IMG/VR virus record: IMGVR_UViG_3300045988_081319
DNA from: a virus
DNA length: 58,037 nucleotides
Reading direction: 5' to 3' (one strand)
Positions 26,852-35,334 of this stretch are shown here, piece after piece (position 1 is the stretch's first letter; every line of letters starts with the position of its first letter). Both the position numbers and the translations under genes were made by a program. Below the pieces are notes generated by a model. It was not told the DNA's origin, did no database searches, and saw nothing but the letters and a program-made list of their open reading frames with translations.

Positions 26852-28276
26852 TCACCGCCTCTTGAGCCGCTTCTTTGCCGCTTCAGCCTCCGTATCCTCG
26901 TCTTCGGGAGCGATTTCTTCCACGTCGAGGTCTTGGCCCGCCTTGGATGCCTTGGCTTTCGTGCCAGCATCCTTCTTTTCGCGCTCTTCTTTTTGACGCT
27001 GAGCACGCATCTCCCGGTCGAACTCCTGATTTTCCTGCCGTTCCGGCAGACTGGCTACCTTGCGGCAATACTCTTCGAGGGCTTCGTCAGCGATAATGAC
27101 GCCACAGCCGGTAAGCTCGCGGATATAGGCGGACAGGTCTTTCAGGTCAGGCGATTCAACGTCGCCATGCGTCAGCTTGGGGTACTCCGTAATTCCACGG
27201 AAGTGTTCTGCGTTCATGCCAACCAAACGCGGGATGCCTTGGCTGTTGAAAACCTCGCAAATGATGTCGAGGTATGCGCCCAGCGCCATGCTGAACAGGT
27301 GTGTCTTGTCGCTTGACAGGGCGAAGCTGCCTACCTGCTGATGACCAAGCAAAAGAAAATCGCTCATGGTTGACATGGCGATTCGCGTGTCGTAGCGTTC
27401 GATGATGCTGTTCGTGTCGAACTGCCGACTTCCGCCTGCACTCAGAAGCTCCAGCTTCCAGCCTTCTGGAAGCACGATGCCCTCAGTAGCGTCACGGCGA
27501 ATATTGCGGACGATGGTCTCAGATCGCCGAAGCGCCTCGGCCATATCGAGGTCGTCTGTGTTCCAGATGTCTACGCCGGGCGGTGCGGTCAGGGTCGGCA
27601 GACCGGCAAGGTCGCGCTCTATGCCGACGCCTTCAATTTCCTGAATCCGGCGCTTGAAGTACCACGCACGGTAAGCACTGCGCAGAATGCTCCTGCCTTC
27701 AGGGTTGTTCTTCCGGCTCTTCGTGCGGAAGTGCAGCGCTTTGTCAATAGGGATGGTTGCCATGACGTATTTCGGGGGCGGCAGTTGCGTCATGCCCGTC
27801 AGGTTGTCATGGTCGTCGTACTCCCAGCGGAACAGCGTTTCCTGAGAGCGGATGGGGAGCTTCTGCCAGCCAATCAGCCCGTCAGTGTACTTCGAGTTCA
27901 AGCGCGGGTCACGACTGTTCCCAGCTCTGCGCTTATACACAATTTCGTGGAAAGACCAGCCGAAGGTCAGGAAGGACAAAATCTCGGAGATCGTATCCGT
28001 CCATGTATCCTGCATATCGTTCATGCAACTTTCCACGAACTCGGCACATTCCTTGTCCTTTGTGCTGTCACCGCCGGGTTGGATGCTCCAATCCGTCTGC
28101 CGGAGCAGAATTTCGATGGCATACAGAATGGCGCCGCACACTTCGTCATTCTCAGACATTTCACGGTATACCTCGATACCGCGCTTGCCCTGAAGTTCTC
28201 GCAGAAATTCTTCAGAGAACATACCGGCATAGCGGCGCTGGCCGATGCTGCCGTATTCTTTCATGCCTCCGGGCAT
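26852..28276 (-). CDS. Portal protein
   Basis: 474 aa between the large terminase and the morphogenesis gene, with an acidic C-terminus. Confidence 0.75.
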   Translation of the reverse strand: MPGGMKEYGSIGQRRYAGMFSEEFLRELQGKRGIEVYREMSENDEVCGAILYAIEILLRQTDWSIQPGGDSTKDKECAEFVESCMNDMQDTWTDTISEILSFLTFGWSFHEIVYKRRAGNSRDPRLNSKYTDGLIGWQKLPIRSQETLFRWEYDDHDNLTGMTQLPPPKYVMATIPIDKALHFRTKSRKNNPEGRSILRSAYRAWYFKRRIQEIEGVGIERDLAGLPTLTAPPGVDIWNTDDLDMAEALRRSETIVRNIRRDATEGIVLPEGWKLELLSAGGSRQFDTNSIIERYDTRIAMSTMSDFLLLGHQQVGSFALSSDKTHLFSMALGAYLDIICEVFNSQGIPRLVGMNAEHFRGITEYPKLTHGDVESPDLKDLSAYIRELTGCGVIIADEALEEYCRKVASLPERQENQEFDREMRAQRQKEEREKKDAGTKAKASKAGQDLDVEEIAPEDEDTEAEAAKKRLKRR

Positions 28277-28287
28277 AGGCTGTCACC

Positions 28288-29727
28288 TCATTTCTTCCAA
28301 TAGCTCTGCCGGTCGTTGCCGTAGTCAGCCGGGGGCGCAGAGCGTCCACCCGTTGCCGACATGTAATTGATTGCCTGTGTCATCGCGTCCACATCGTCGT
28401 CGTGCTTTCCATTGGGGAAAGCTGCGCACTCTTCGATGAAGTCGTGAATCCACGGGGCGTTTTTCGGGTTTGGAAGATAGATATTCCCAGCTTCCAGATA
28501 CGGCGCAACCGCGCTTGCGCGAACGACTTTGCCGCCCATTGGGGTAATCGGTATAATGCCGGGGATCTCTTTCTTCAGCATTTCGATAACTGCGGGGCCG
28601 TTTGCCGCATCCTCAATCAGCTTGCCTCGCGCTTTCGGGTGTTTATAGGACATCGTGCGTATGGCTTGCATGGTGTCCACGATACCGATCTGATCGTGAA
28701 CTCGGTCTACCAGATAATAATTCGGGCCAGAACGCATCCACACATGACCGGCAACATAGTCGCTGGCTTTGCCTTCTTTGAAGGTGCAGTCCCAAGACTG
28801 GACAGCCTGAGAAACTTTGTCAGGCAAAACGTCGTAGAACTTGAACCAGCCGCGCTTGAGGATTCCGCCTTCGATTGGGGACGGGTGCTGCTGGTACAGG
28901 CTTGCCCATGCGTAAGAGCCGACGGCACGTTTTGTCTGTTCGCACCATTCGTTGTCAAAGCCGTGTTCCGGCCAGAGCGGTTCACCGATCTTTCTGCCGA
29001 GCAGGTCGTTTTCATCGTCGCACACGCATGGAAGCGATAAGACCTTCCAGTCGCCAGCCTCACTTTCCAGCAGGCTTGCAGCCAAGTCGGCTTCGTGCCA
29101 CCGCGTCAGAATGATGATGACCGACGCTCCGGGATGAAGTCGCGTGTAGATGGATGAACGCCACTCATCCAACAGGTTCTTCCGATAGGTTTCCGATTCG
29201 GCTTCCTGCCGGTTCTTGATCGGGTCATCCAGAATCAGCAGGTCAGCGCCTTTACCAGTGATGCCGCCGCCGACGCCAACGGAGATCATGCCGCCCGAAT
29301 GGCCTTCCAGATTCCACGAAACTTTGGATGCCGCCGTCTGAGAAAGCAGCACGCCAAACAGCTCGCATCCGTGCTCTGCAATTTTCATGCGGTTGGCGTC
29401 GCCAAATTCCTTGGCAAGATCATCGCCGTAGCTGACCTCAATCACGCGCCTGTCCGGATACTTGCCGAGATAGTAGCTGGGAAACGTCGCCGTGACCGTC
29501 ATAGACTTGCCGTGACGTGGCGGCATGAAGATCATCAGGCGTTTCGTCTCGCCAGTGATGACCTTCTCCAATTCCGCACAGATGAGGTCAAGATGTCTGG
29601 CTCGTTTCCATCTGCCGTGATGGACATACTCGACGTAATCAGCATAATGCGTCCGTGCGAGCTGTCGCTTTGCGGCTTCAGCTACGGCCTGAATCTTTGC
29701 CGGGGACAGGTGTCTCTTTTCTCGCAC
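28288..29727 (-). CDS. terL: Terminase large subunit
   Basis: Walker A-like PPRHGKS, an ILDDP Walker B-like motif and a C-terminal nuclease region (HDDDVDA). Confidence 0.85.
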   Translation of the reverse strand: MREKRHLSPAKIQAVAEAAKRQLARTHYADYVEYVHHGRWKRARHLDLICAELEKVITGETKRLMIFMPPRHGKSMTVTATFPSYYLGKYPDRRVIEVSYGDDLAKEFGDANRMKIAEHGCELFGVLLSQTAASKVSWNLEGHSGGMISVGVGGGITGKGADLLILDDPIKNRQEAESETYRKNLLDEWRSSIYTRLHPGASVIIILTRWHEADLAASLLESEAGDWKVLSLPCVCDDENDLLGRKIGEPLWPEHGFDNEWCEQTKRAVGSYAWASLYQQHPSPIEGGILKRGWFKFYDVLPDKVSQAVQSWDCTFKEGKASDYVAGHVWMRSGPNYYLVDRVHDQIGIVDTMQAIRTMSYKHPKARGKLIEDAANGPAVIEMLKKEIPGIIPITPMGGKVVRASAVAPYLEAGNIYLPNPKNAPWIHDFIEECAAFPNGKHDDDVDAMTQAINYMSATGGRSAPPADYGNDRQSYWKK

Positions 29728-30263
29728 TATTCGGTTTCGGGCCGGGCGAGCGCAGCGAGATTGCGCAGGTCTTCTTCGCTCATGTCGCTGAGATCAACCT
29801 CCGTTTCCGTCCTGAGCGTAATATCCTGCTTCTGCGACCATTCGCCCGTCTTCCGCTTTCTGTTGTTGAGCCAGTACATGATTGCCATGACGTCCGGCGG
29901 CACGCGCTTTTTTACAGTACGCACCTTCACCGGCTTCACACTGCCATCAGGGTTGTATTCGAGAATCCGCTCTTCCTCGGTGTGGTCGAAACCGGTGCAG
30001 CGTTGGAAAAGGCACTTTTCTACTTTGGCATCCGCCGCTTCCTTAGCACAAGCAAGGAGCTTGCCAAACTCAGAAAGCACCTTTTCGCCGTTTTCATCGG
30101 TTATAGGCTTTCCGCTTGCATCCGTCTCATACTTCCAGCGATTGATTGTCCGCTCCGAGACGTGAAAAGCGTCCGCAATATCCTGATCGGTTGCGCCGCG
30201 AATGGCGAGTGACCACGCCCAGTCCATATGGATATCGGGATTGAACTTTGTCGGTGCGGCCAT
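29727..30263 (-). CDS. terS: Terminase small subunit
   Basis: N-terminal HTH (ATDQDIADAFHVSERTINRWK). Directly upstream of terL. Confidence 0.75.
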   Translation of the reverse strand: MAAPTKFNPDIHMDWAWSLAIRGATDQDIADAFHVSERTINRWKYETDASGKPITDENGEKVLSEFGKLLACAKEAADAKVEKCLFQRCTGFDHTEEERILEYNPDGSVKPVKVRTVKKRVPPDVMAIMYWLNNRKRKTGEWSQKQDITLRTETEVDLSDMSEEDLRNLAALARPETE

Positions 30264-30295
30264 GCTGTTTCACCACTCTTTCTGCACACCGCGTC

Positions 30296-31195
30296 TTACC
30301 CGGCGAGGTAATCCGCCGCAAGGTACTCAATAAGCTGCCAGCGGTTCCGCTTCGTGACAACGCCTTCCTTCTCAGCCTTCTTAAGGGCCTGTTCGATTAC
30401 TTCAGCGGCCTCCTTAGGAACGGAATTGCTGCCAAAAATCTTGGTCAGGTACGTCCATTCTCCGGCAGGGTCATAACCTGCGATCTCCATCTTTTCGTTC
30501 GTCGCTTCCACCATAGAAGCAACCGCAGCACCAAGATTGCGAACATCCTGAAACTGCTGATACTTTGCCAGTGTCTCGGCGAACTGCTTTCCCAGCTCGT
30601 AGGGAGCCGTGCCGATGACCTCAGCGCCCTGCTTTTCAAGGTGCTTCACCAGCAGCTCAAGGTTTTTGAGCTGATACGGCAGGAAGGCGAACGTGATCGT
30701 CTTGAAATCAAACTGCACCGCAGGGGAAATGAGCTTGTCGAACTCCGCAGACGGCTCTTCCAGAATGTCTTTGCCGACAAAGCTCTCCAACATGTCGTCC
30801 ACGTCCGAGATCATCTTTGCAATCTCGCGCAGCGTGGACTGGTCGTCAAAGCCAGAAATCGCGTTGTGGGCAAGCTGTTTCGCTGCCTCCTGCGACTTAC
30901 TCAAGCCGGACACATCCAGCAGACAGTAGATTTCCTTGAGGCCGGCGGCTCTTGCGCTCTTGATGCGATGATGCCCGGAGATAATCTTCAGCTTGCCGTC
31001 GATCAGGGCGACAAGGGGCAAGCTCTCAAGCTGTCCGCGCTTCTGGATATTCGCCGTAAGCTGGTCCTGCATCTGGTCTTTCATGATGCGAGCGTTGACG
31101 TTCTGCTCGACCAAACTGTCAAGCTGAACCTTGACAATCAACAGCCCGGAACCCATGTCGTGGATTACTTGGTAGCGTTTCTCTTCGTCTGCCAT
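30296..31195 (-). CDS. ParB/Srx-like nuclease-domain protein
   Basis: ParB N-terminal box KIISGHHRIKSARAAGLKEI. Confidence 0.7.
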   Translation of the reverse strand: MADEEKRYQVIHDMGSGLLIVKVQLDSLVEQNVNARIMKDQMQDQLTANIQKRGQLESLPLVALIDGKLKIISGHHRIKSARAAGLKEIYCLLDVSGLSKSQEAAKQLAHNAISGFDDQSTLREIAKMISDVDDMLESFVGKDILEEPSAEFDKLISPAVQFDFKTITFAFLPYQLKNLELLVKHLEKQGAEVIGTAPYELGKQFAETLAKYQQFQDVRNLGAAVASMVEATNEKMEIAGYDPAGEWTYLTKIFGSNSVPKEAAEVIEQALKKAEKEGVVTKRNRWQLIEYLAADYLAG

Positions 31196-32571
31196 TCTTT
31201 CTCCCTCCTAAGCCATTCTTTCAGCGTCTCAGCTTCCGTGCGCCCATCAACGACCGGGGCTGCATACGTCAGCTTGTATCCGTTGGTCTTGTCCTTCTTT
31301 CGGTCAACCAGCTTCATGATGCCGCGTACTTCCTTGTTTTCAGGGTGCTTGGTGAGCATTGCCGTTCGGACGCTGACAAGGCGTTCCTTGTCGAAGTCAT
31401 TCACGATAGTTTCGCAGAACTGCCTGTTCTGGGCCAGCATGTACAACAGCCGACCAAGCCGGTACTGCTGGTGCGGAACCTTCATCACATACCAGATGAA
31501 CAGTGAATCCGCCTGAACCTTCGAGATGCCAAAGACGCCCGCAACCATCTTGTCGATGAGTACGGCGAAATTGAAGGTGGCAGAGCTTCCGACGAAGTTG
31601 TGCGTCCAGATTTTGCGGTAATACTGCGTATTCGCTGCCTTGACCTTGATGATCTTGAGGTCGGATGCCTCTGTGATCTCATAGTCAGTCGGCATGATTG
31701 CGCAGGGCAGCGGTTCCAAAGCACTATCAGAAGGACGTTTGATCTTCTTTCCGTGAGCGAGTGCTTCGGCTTCGTCGCCTCGGTTGGAACAGACGTAGGC
31801 GTTCATGCCCTTGCGGGTTTCGCCGCGAGCGAAGATTGCTTCACCGATATACTCACCGGCGGGCTTTTCCTGATAACAAAGCACCAGAGCTTTCGCGTCG
31901 GCAATCATCTCGAACAGCTTCCCGTGGCCGCTGTCCGGGTCGAACAGCTCGTATTCCGGTTCCTTCCACGTCATCAGACCGCCTGTGTCATAGTAGCGCT
32001 CGTAGCCGCTGAAGTACGTCGGCGGATTGACCACGACGATTGCGTGCTCATCATCCAGCACCTCGCGCATGTGGACGAACATATCCAGCGGACGGTAATT
32101 CATGCCGCCAAGCCGCGCCTTGCACCGCGCAAGCCCTTCGTTGATCTGGGCGACGTACTTCTCTCGCTCGAAGCTCAGGTCATTCAGCAGGTTGTGAAAG
32201 TATTCCGTGCCCGCTTTCTTGGCCGTGCGAAGGTAAAGCTGCGCGTACAGCGCGGTTGCCGGGTCGAGCAGCTCTTCGTCAGAAAATCCCTTTGCCTTGA
32301 TCTCAAGCTCGTCAAGCGGCTTTCCCATAATCGAATAGCCAAGAATCGTCGGCATCATCGACACGTCGCTCGTTTCAAGCTGGCTCGTTTTGTACCCGGT
32401 ATCGACCGCGAGATTCGACATGGCGAACGTGCCCGCGCACGGCTCAACGAATCTCGTATATCCGGCCTCACGCGCCGTTTTGAAGAGCTGACAGAGGAAA
32501 CGCTGCTCAACTGCACCAAGACAGCCAAGGAACATTTCTCCGGGGTTCATGTACATCATAGCTGTCACCAC
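31165..32571 (-). CDS. N6-adenine DNA methyltransferase (Dam-like) with C-terminal domain of unknown function
   Basis: Motif I-like FVEPCAGTFA and motif IV VVVNPPTY. The start may be the ATG at 32559 (AAGGTGG RBS). Confidence 0.7.
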   Translation of the reverse strand: MVTAMMYMNPGEMFLGCLGAVEQRFLCQLFKTAREAGYTRFVEPCAGTFAMSNLAVDTGYKTSQLETSDVSMMPTILGYSIMGKPLDELEIKAKGFSDEELLDPATALYAQLYLRTAKKAGTEYFHNLLNDLSFEREKYVAQINEGLARCKARLGGMNYRPLDMFVHMREVLDDEHAIVVVNPPTYFSGYERYYDTGGLMTWKEPEYELFDPDSGHGKLFEMIADAKALVLCYQEKPAGEYIGEAIFARGETRKGMNAYVCSNRGDEAEALAHGKKIKRPSDSALEPLPCAIMPTDYEITEASDLKIIKVKAANTQYYRKIWTHNFVGSSATFNFAVLIDKMVAGVFGISKVQADSLFIWYVMKVPHQQYRLGRLLYMLAQNRQFCETIVNDFDKERLVSVRTAMLTKHPENKEVRGIMKLVDRKKDKTNGYKLTYAAPVVDGRTEAETLKEWLRREKEWQTKRNATK

Positions 32572-32583
32572 CTTGATTTGAGT

Positions 32584-32622
32584 AAAAGAAAACCAGCCTG
32601 CGATGCAACCGCAGACTGGTTC
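32584..32622 (-). terminator. Intrinsic terminator immediately upstream of the methyltransferase RBS
   Basis: Minus strand AACCAGTCTGC-loop-GCAGGCTGGTT followed by TTCTTTT. Confidence 0.7.
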
Positions 32623-32632
32623 GTAATTGATC

Positions 32633-32707
32633 TGGACCGGCGGGACGGATTGGCTACCGCCACTTCCGTTCAGGAATGAACGGTGTCCTGCATTAGACTA
32701 CCGCCGG
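32633..32707 (-). ncRNA. tRNA-like cloverleaf element (75 nt, ends UCCA), non-canonical loops
   Basis: 7-bp acceptor CCGGCGG/CCGCCGG, D-arm GUCU/GGAC, anticodon-like arm CCGUU/AACGG with an 8-nt loop, T-like arm GGCGG/CCGUC with an 8-nt loop, then discriminator U and CCA. Confidence 0.4.
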
Positions 32708-32744
32708 ACATTGAGGGGCGGTAACACGCCCCTCTCGGATTCGC

Positions 32745-33272
32745 TCACCAGCGACCGTTGCCGAACATGCTCAACTGCATTTGTTCCGCTTCGCGGTCTT
32801 TGATTCGCTGCTCCGCTTTATTGGGCACTGCTGGCACAGCCGCGCTTGCCCTCGCCTCTTTAGCCTTCTGAACGCCCGTGCTTCCCTTTACCTTGACCGT
32901 GGTTGGGTCAGGGAGTTCGTCGGCAATCTCGCCCGTCTTTTCGAGCAGCCACTTCGCAAACATCGTTCGGTGGCACCACTGCAACGGGTCGCGCACGTCC
33001 TCGTAGCAGAGAAGGACGACCGGCTTTCCGCTGTCGAAAGCCTGAATCTGGCGATAAATCCGATCTATACCCACCCGGTCAAGCCGTTCACGATACTTGT
33101 GTTCGTAAACCTCCTTGCTTTGGATGCTCAGCAGACCATAGGGCATCAGGTCGTTTATCGCCCCGGCAATCTCATAGCCCAGCGGCCACTTCGGGGCGCC
33201 AAGGCTGATTCTGACTGCCGTGTACTTCCCGGATTTCAGCTCCGGGTTGGAAAACCTGCTCGTGTAAAGCAT
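32745..33272 (-). CDS. DUF488-family protein
   Basis: MLYTSRFSN...VVLLCYED...WCHR pattern typical of DUF488. Confidence 0.7.
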   Translation of the reverse strand: MLYTSRFSNPELKSGKYTAVRISLGAPKWPLGYEIAGAINDLMPYGLLSIQSKEVYEHKYRERLDRVGIDRIYRQIQAFDSGKPVVLLCYEDVRDPLQWCHRTMFAKWLLEKTGEIADELPDPTTVKVKGSTGVQKAKEARASAAVPAVPNKAEQRIKDREAEQMQLSMFGNGRW

Positions 33273-33334
33273 CTAAACGTTATCGCCTCCGGTCGGTTTT
33301 TTCGGGCTGACATAACCTTCAAACGCCTGATATA

Positions 33335-33363
33335 ATCATAGCACCTGAAAGCCGCCCTGTGAA
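33335..33363 (-). promoter_or_regulatory. Candidate promoter for the DUF488 gene, overlapped by a TGTGA-N2-TCACA palindrome
   Basis: Minus strand TTCACA, 17-nt spacer, TATGAT. The palindrome TGTGAAGTCACA covers the -35. Confidence 0.4.
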
Positions 33364-33401
33364 GTCACATAATCCGGCTACTTTCCGGCTACTTTCCGGA
33401 A

Positions 33402-33713
33402 TCAAGCCGCGAGGTCCTGAACCGTGCAGCCTTTGCACCAGAGATCGCGCTCAATTCTGAGCCGGTACGGCGGGCAGACGGTGTTTTCCAGCTCAGAGAG
33501 AAGGACGGCTCCCCATTCCCACTCGAAGATGTGGCAATAGCCGTGAAGCAGCCAATCGCCGTCTTCGAGCTTCTCGCCCTCGGTAATCAGCCACGTTCCT
33601 GCGCCGCAGGGGTTGAAATACTTCACGATTACCTCCGCATCCATGTTGCCCAAGGTGCTGCCGGTTTCCGTCTTGAGCAGCTTCTTCTCAATCTCCTTCG
33701 TCATCAGCTTCAT
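33402..33713 (-). CDS. DUF2958-family protein
   Basis: VKYFNPCGAGTWLITE...EWGAVLLSELE...IERD signature. Trimmed to MKLMTKE behind AAGGAGGAA. Confidence 0.7.
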   Translation of the reverse strand: MKLMTKEIEKKLLKTETGSTLGNMDAEVIVKYFNPCGAGTWLITEGEKLEDGDWLLHGYCHIFEWEWGAVLLSELENTVCPPYRLRIERDLWCKGCTVQDLAA

Positions 33714-33836
33714 GGTTCTTTCCTCCTTGACGTTTCCTGCCTTACTGTGGTACAATCAAGGTGGCCGGGGTAAGGCTCCCGGCTCACCTTTCTTGGTGTG
33801 GTAGCGGTTCGCTTTGCGAGGGTGGCCGCTACTTTT

Positions 33837-33950
33837 TTATTTCGCTTTCGCCTGTCGGATAAGCTCTGCCGCTTCTTCAGGCGACTTCGCTTTGCTTTCT
33901 ACGAGCCGTGCCAATGTCTCGAGGAAAGCGTTGAACTCAGCGTTGGTCAT
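33837..33950 (-). CDS. Small helical protein (37 aa)
   Basis: MTNAEFNAFLETLARLVESKAKSPEEAAELIRQAKAK behind GGAGGGCGGA. First ORF after the promoter at 34013-34041 and below the ORF-track cutoff. Confidence 0.45.
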   Translation of the reverse strand: MTNAEFNAFLETLARLVESKAKSPEEAAELIRQAKAK

Positions 33951-34012
33951 TCCGCCCTCCATTGTCCTCCCTCCTTTCTCAAGAACAATTACTTGTTCTG
34001 CCTTACAATTAT

Positions 34013-34041
34013 ATTATACACTATTATAGGATATTTGTCAA
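34013..34041 (-). promoter_or_regulatory. sigma70-type promoter of the packaging/structural unit
   Basis: Minus strand TTGACA (34041..34036), 17-nt spacer, TATAAT (34018..34013). Shares the tacaattatattatac core with the promoters at 22-50 and 40944-40972. Confidence 0.6.
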
Positions 34042-34055
34042 GAGATACAGCTCAG

Positions 34056-34080
34056 AAAAGCGCCTATAATGGCGTTTTTT
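34056..34080 (-). terminator. Bidirectional intrinsic terminator after the late-regulator gene
   Basis: AAAAGCGCC-tataat-GGCGTTTTTT, with A/T tracts on both sides. Confidence 0.6.
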
Positions 34081-34274
34081 CATTTGATCGTAGACTGATT
34101 TTACGGGTGGCGTACATTGCCTTGTTGTCCTTATATGTATTATATAATATAAACACTACTACACATACACACGGGTCTATTATCTATCTCTATATATATT
34201 ATAGATATTGGGAGGGGAGCTTTTCACTTGACGGCAGGTTTCAGAAAGCCCCTCTCCCAACGGTCGAGAATGAA

Positions 34275-34775
34275 TTATGTCGCTATCCGATAAATCTTTT
34301 CGAGTGCCCTGTCCCGAATCTTCTTCAGCCCCTGCTTCGAGTAGACCTCGCCGAAGCGCTGCTGGTAGGCGTAGATCAGCTCCCGCCAGAATGCGCCGCC
34401 AATGGTCTTGCTCTCGATCACGAAGCGCTCCTTCTCGGACAGCCCTTTGAGCCACGCAGTCACGAACACGACGGTCGGTGTCTTGCGGCGAAGCTCGTCC
34501 TTCTTGCTCGCGATCTCTTTCTCGATGTCAACGATGTAATCCGGGACATAGCCGTCAGCAAACTTGATGGCGATTCGTTCCGTCGGACTGCTGACGCTTG
34601 TGCCATGTGGCATACCGGATAGGTTCTGAGAGCCGGACAGTGCGTCCGTCATCATCGTCCTGCGCAGATCGGCGGCAATGCGCTCCAATTCCTGAATCTC
34701 CTGTTCGAGGAACTCACATCGGGCCGTATATTCGCGGTAATTGCCAAGCATCAGATCGACGCTCTCTTTTTGCAT
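34275..34775 (-). CDS. Late-gene transcriptional regulator (sigma region-4 / ArpU-RinA-like)
   Basis: 166 aa. C-terminal HTH-like region ERFVIESKTIGGAFWRELIYAY..GLKKIRDRALEKI. Last gene before the structural promoter. Confidence 0.55.
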   Translation of the reverse strand: MQKESVDLMLGNYREYTARCEFLEQEIQELERIAADLRRTMMTDALSGSQNLSGMPHGTSVSSPTERIAIKFADGYVPDYIVDIEKEIASKKDELRRKTPTVVFVTAWLKGLSEKERFVIESKTIGGAFWRELIYAYQQRFGEVYSKQGLKKIRDRALEKIYRIAT

Positions 34776-34846
34776 TGCCTCCGCACCTTGCCTTTCTGTT
34801 CGCGTTCATCATTTCCGTTCTGTGCCCTCTGATGGGCCGGCGGCGA

Positions 34847-35281
34847 TCAAAACGGCAACTCGTCGTCATCCACCTGTGTGAAGCCATCGGAAGAACTGCC
34901 GCCGGTATACTGCTGAGATGAGCCCTGCTGGGCCGTCTGCCCGCCGCCGTTATGGGCATCAGACCTGTTGCCGGACGGCAGGAACATAATCTCCGTCGCC
35001 ACAATCTCAAAACCGTAGCGCTTGGAGCCATCCTGTGCTTCGTAGGAGTAGGTTTGCACCGGGCCTTCGATTGCTACCTTGCTGCCCTTGCTCAGATACT
35101 TCGCGCAGTTCTCGGCGCGGTTCTTGAAGGTCTTGACCGGCAGGTAATCCGCGCGGGATTCTCCGTTCGCATCGCGCATACGATTGACGGCGACGGTGAA
35201 GGTGCAGACCGCCACACCGCTCTGAGTGGTTTTCAGCTCCGGGTCGCGGACAAGGTTGCCGACGAACATGGCTTTATTCAT
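34847..35281 (-). CDS. ssb: Single-stranded DNA-binding protein
   Basis: OB-fold N-terminus MNKAMFVGNLVRDPELKTTQSG, Gly/Gln-rich linker and acidic tip DDDELPF. Confidence 0.9.
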   Translation of the reverse strand: MNKAMFVGNLVRDPELKTTQSGVAVCTFTVAVNRMRDANGESRADYLPVKTFKNRAENCAKYLSKGSKVAIEGPVQTYSYEAQDGSKRYGFEIVATEIMFLPSGNRSDAHNGGGQTAQQGSSQQYTGGSSSDGFTQVDDDELPF

Positions 35282-35334
35282 TCCATATCACTCGCTTTCC
35301 ATTGAAATCATTTGAAATCAAATGCTATCAGCTG

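Noticed and set aside
32633-32707. A genuine phage-encoded tRNA gene.
   Set aside because: Both the anticodon-like and T-like loops are 8 nt. U33, the D-loop GG and the TTCRA T-loop consensus are all missing. It is therefore reported only as a tRNA-like element.
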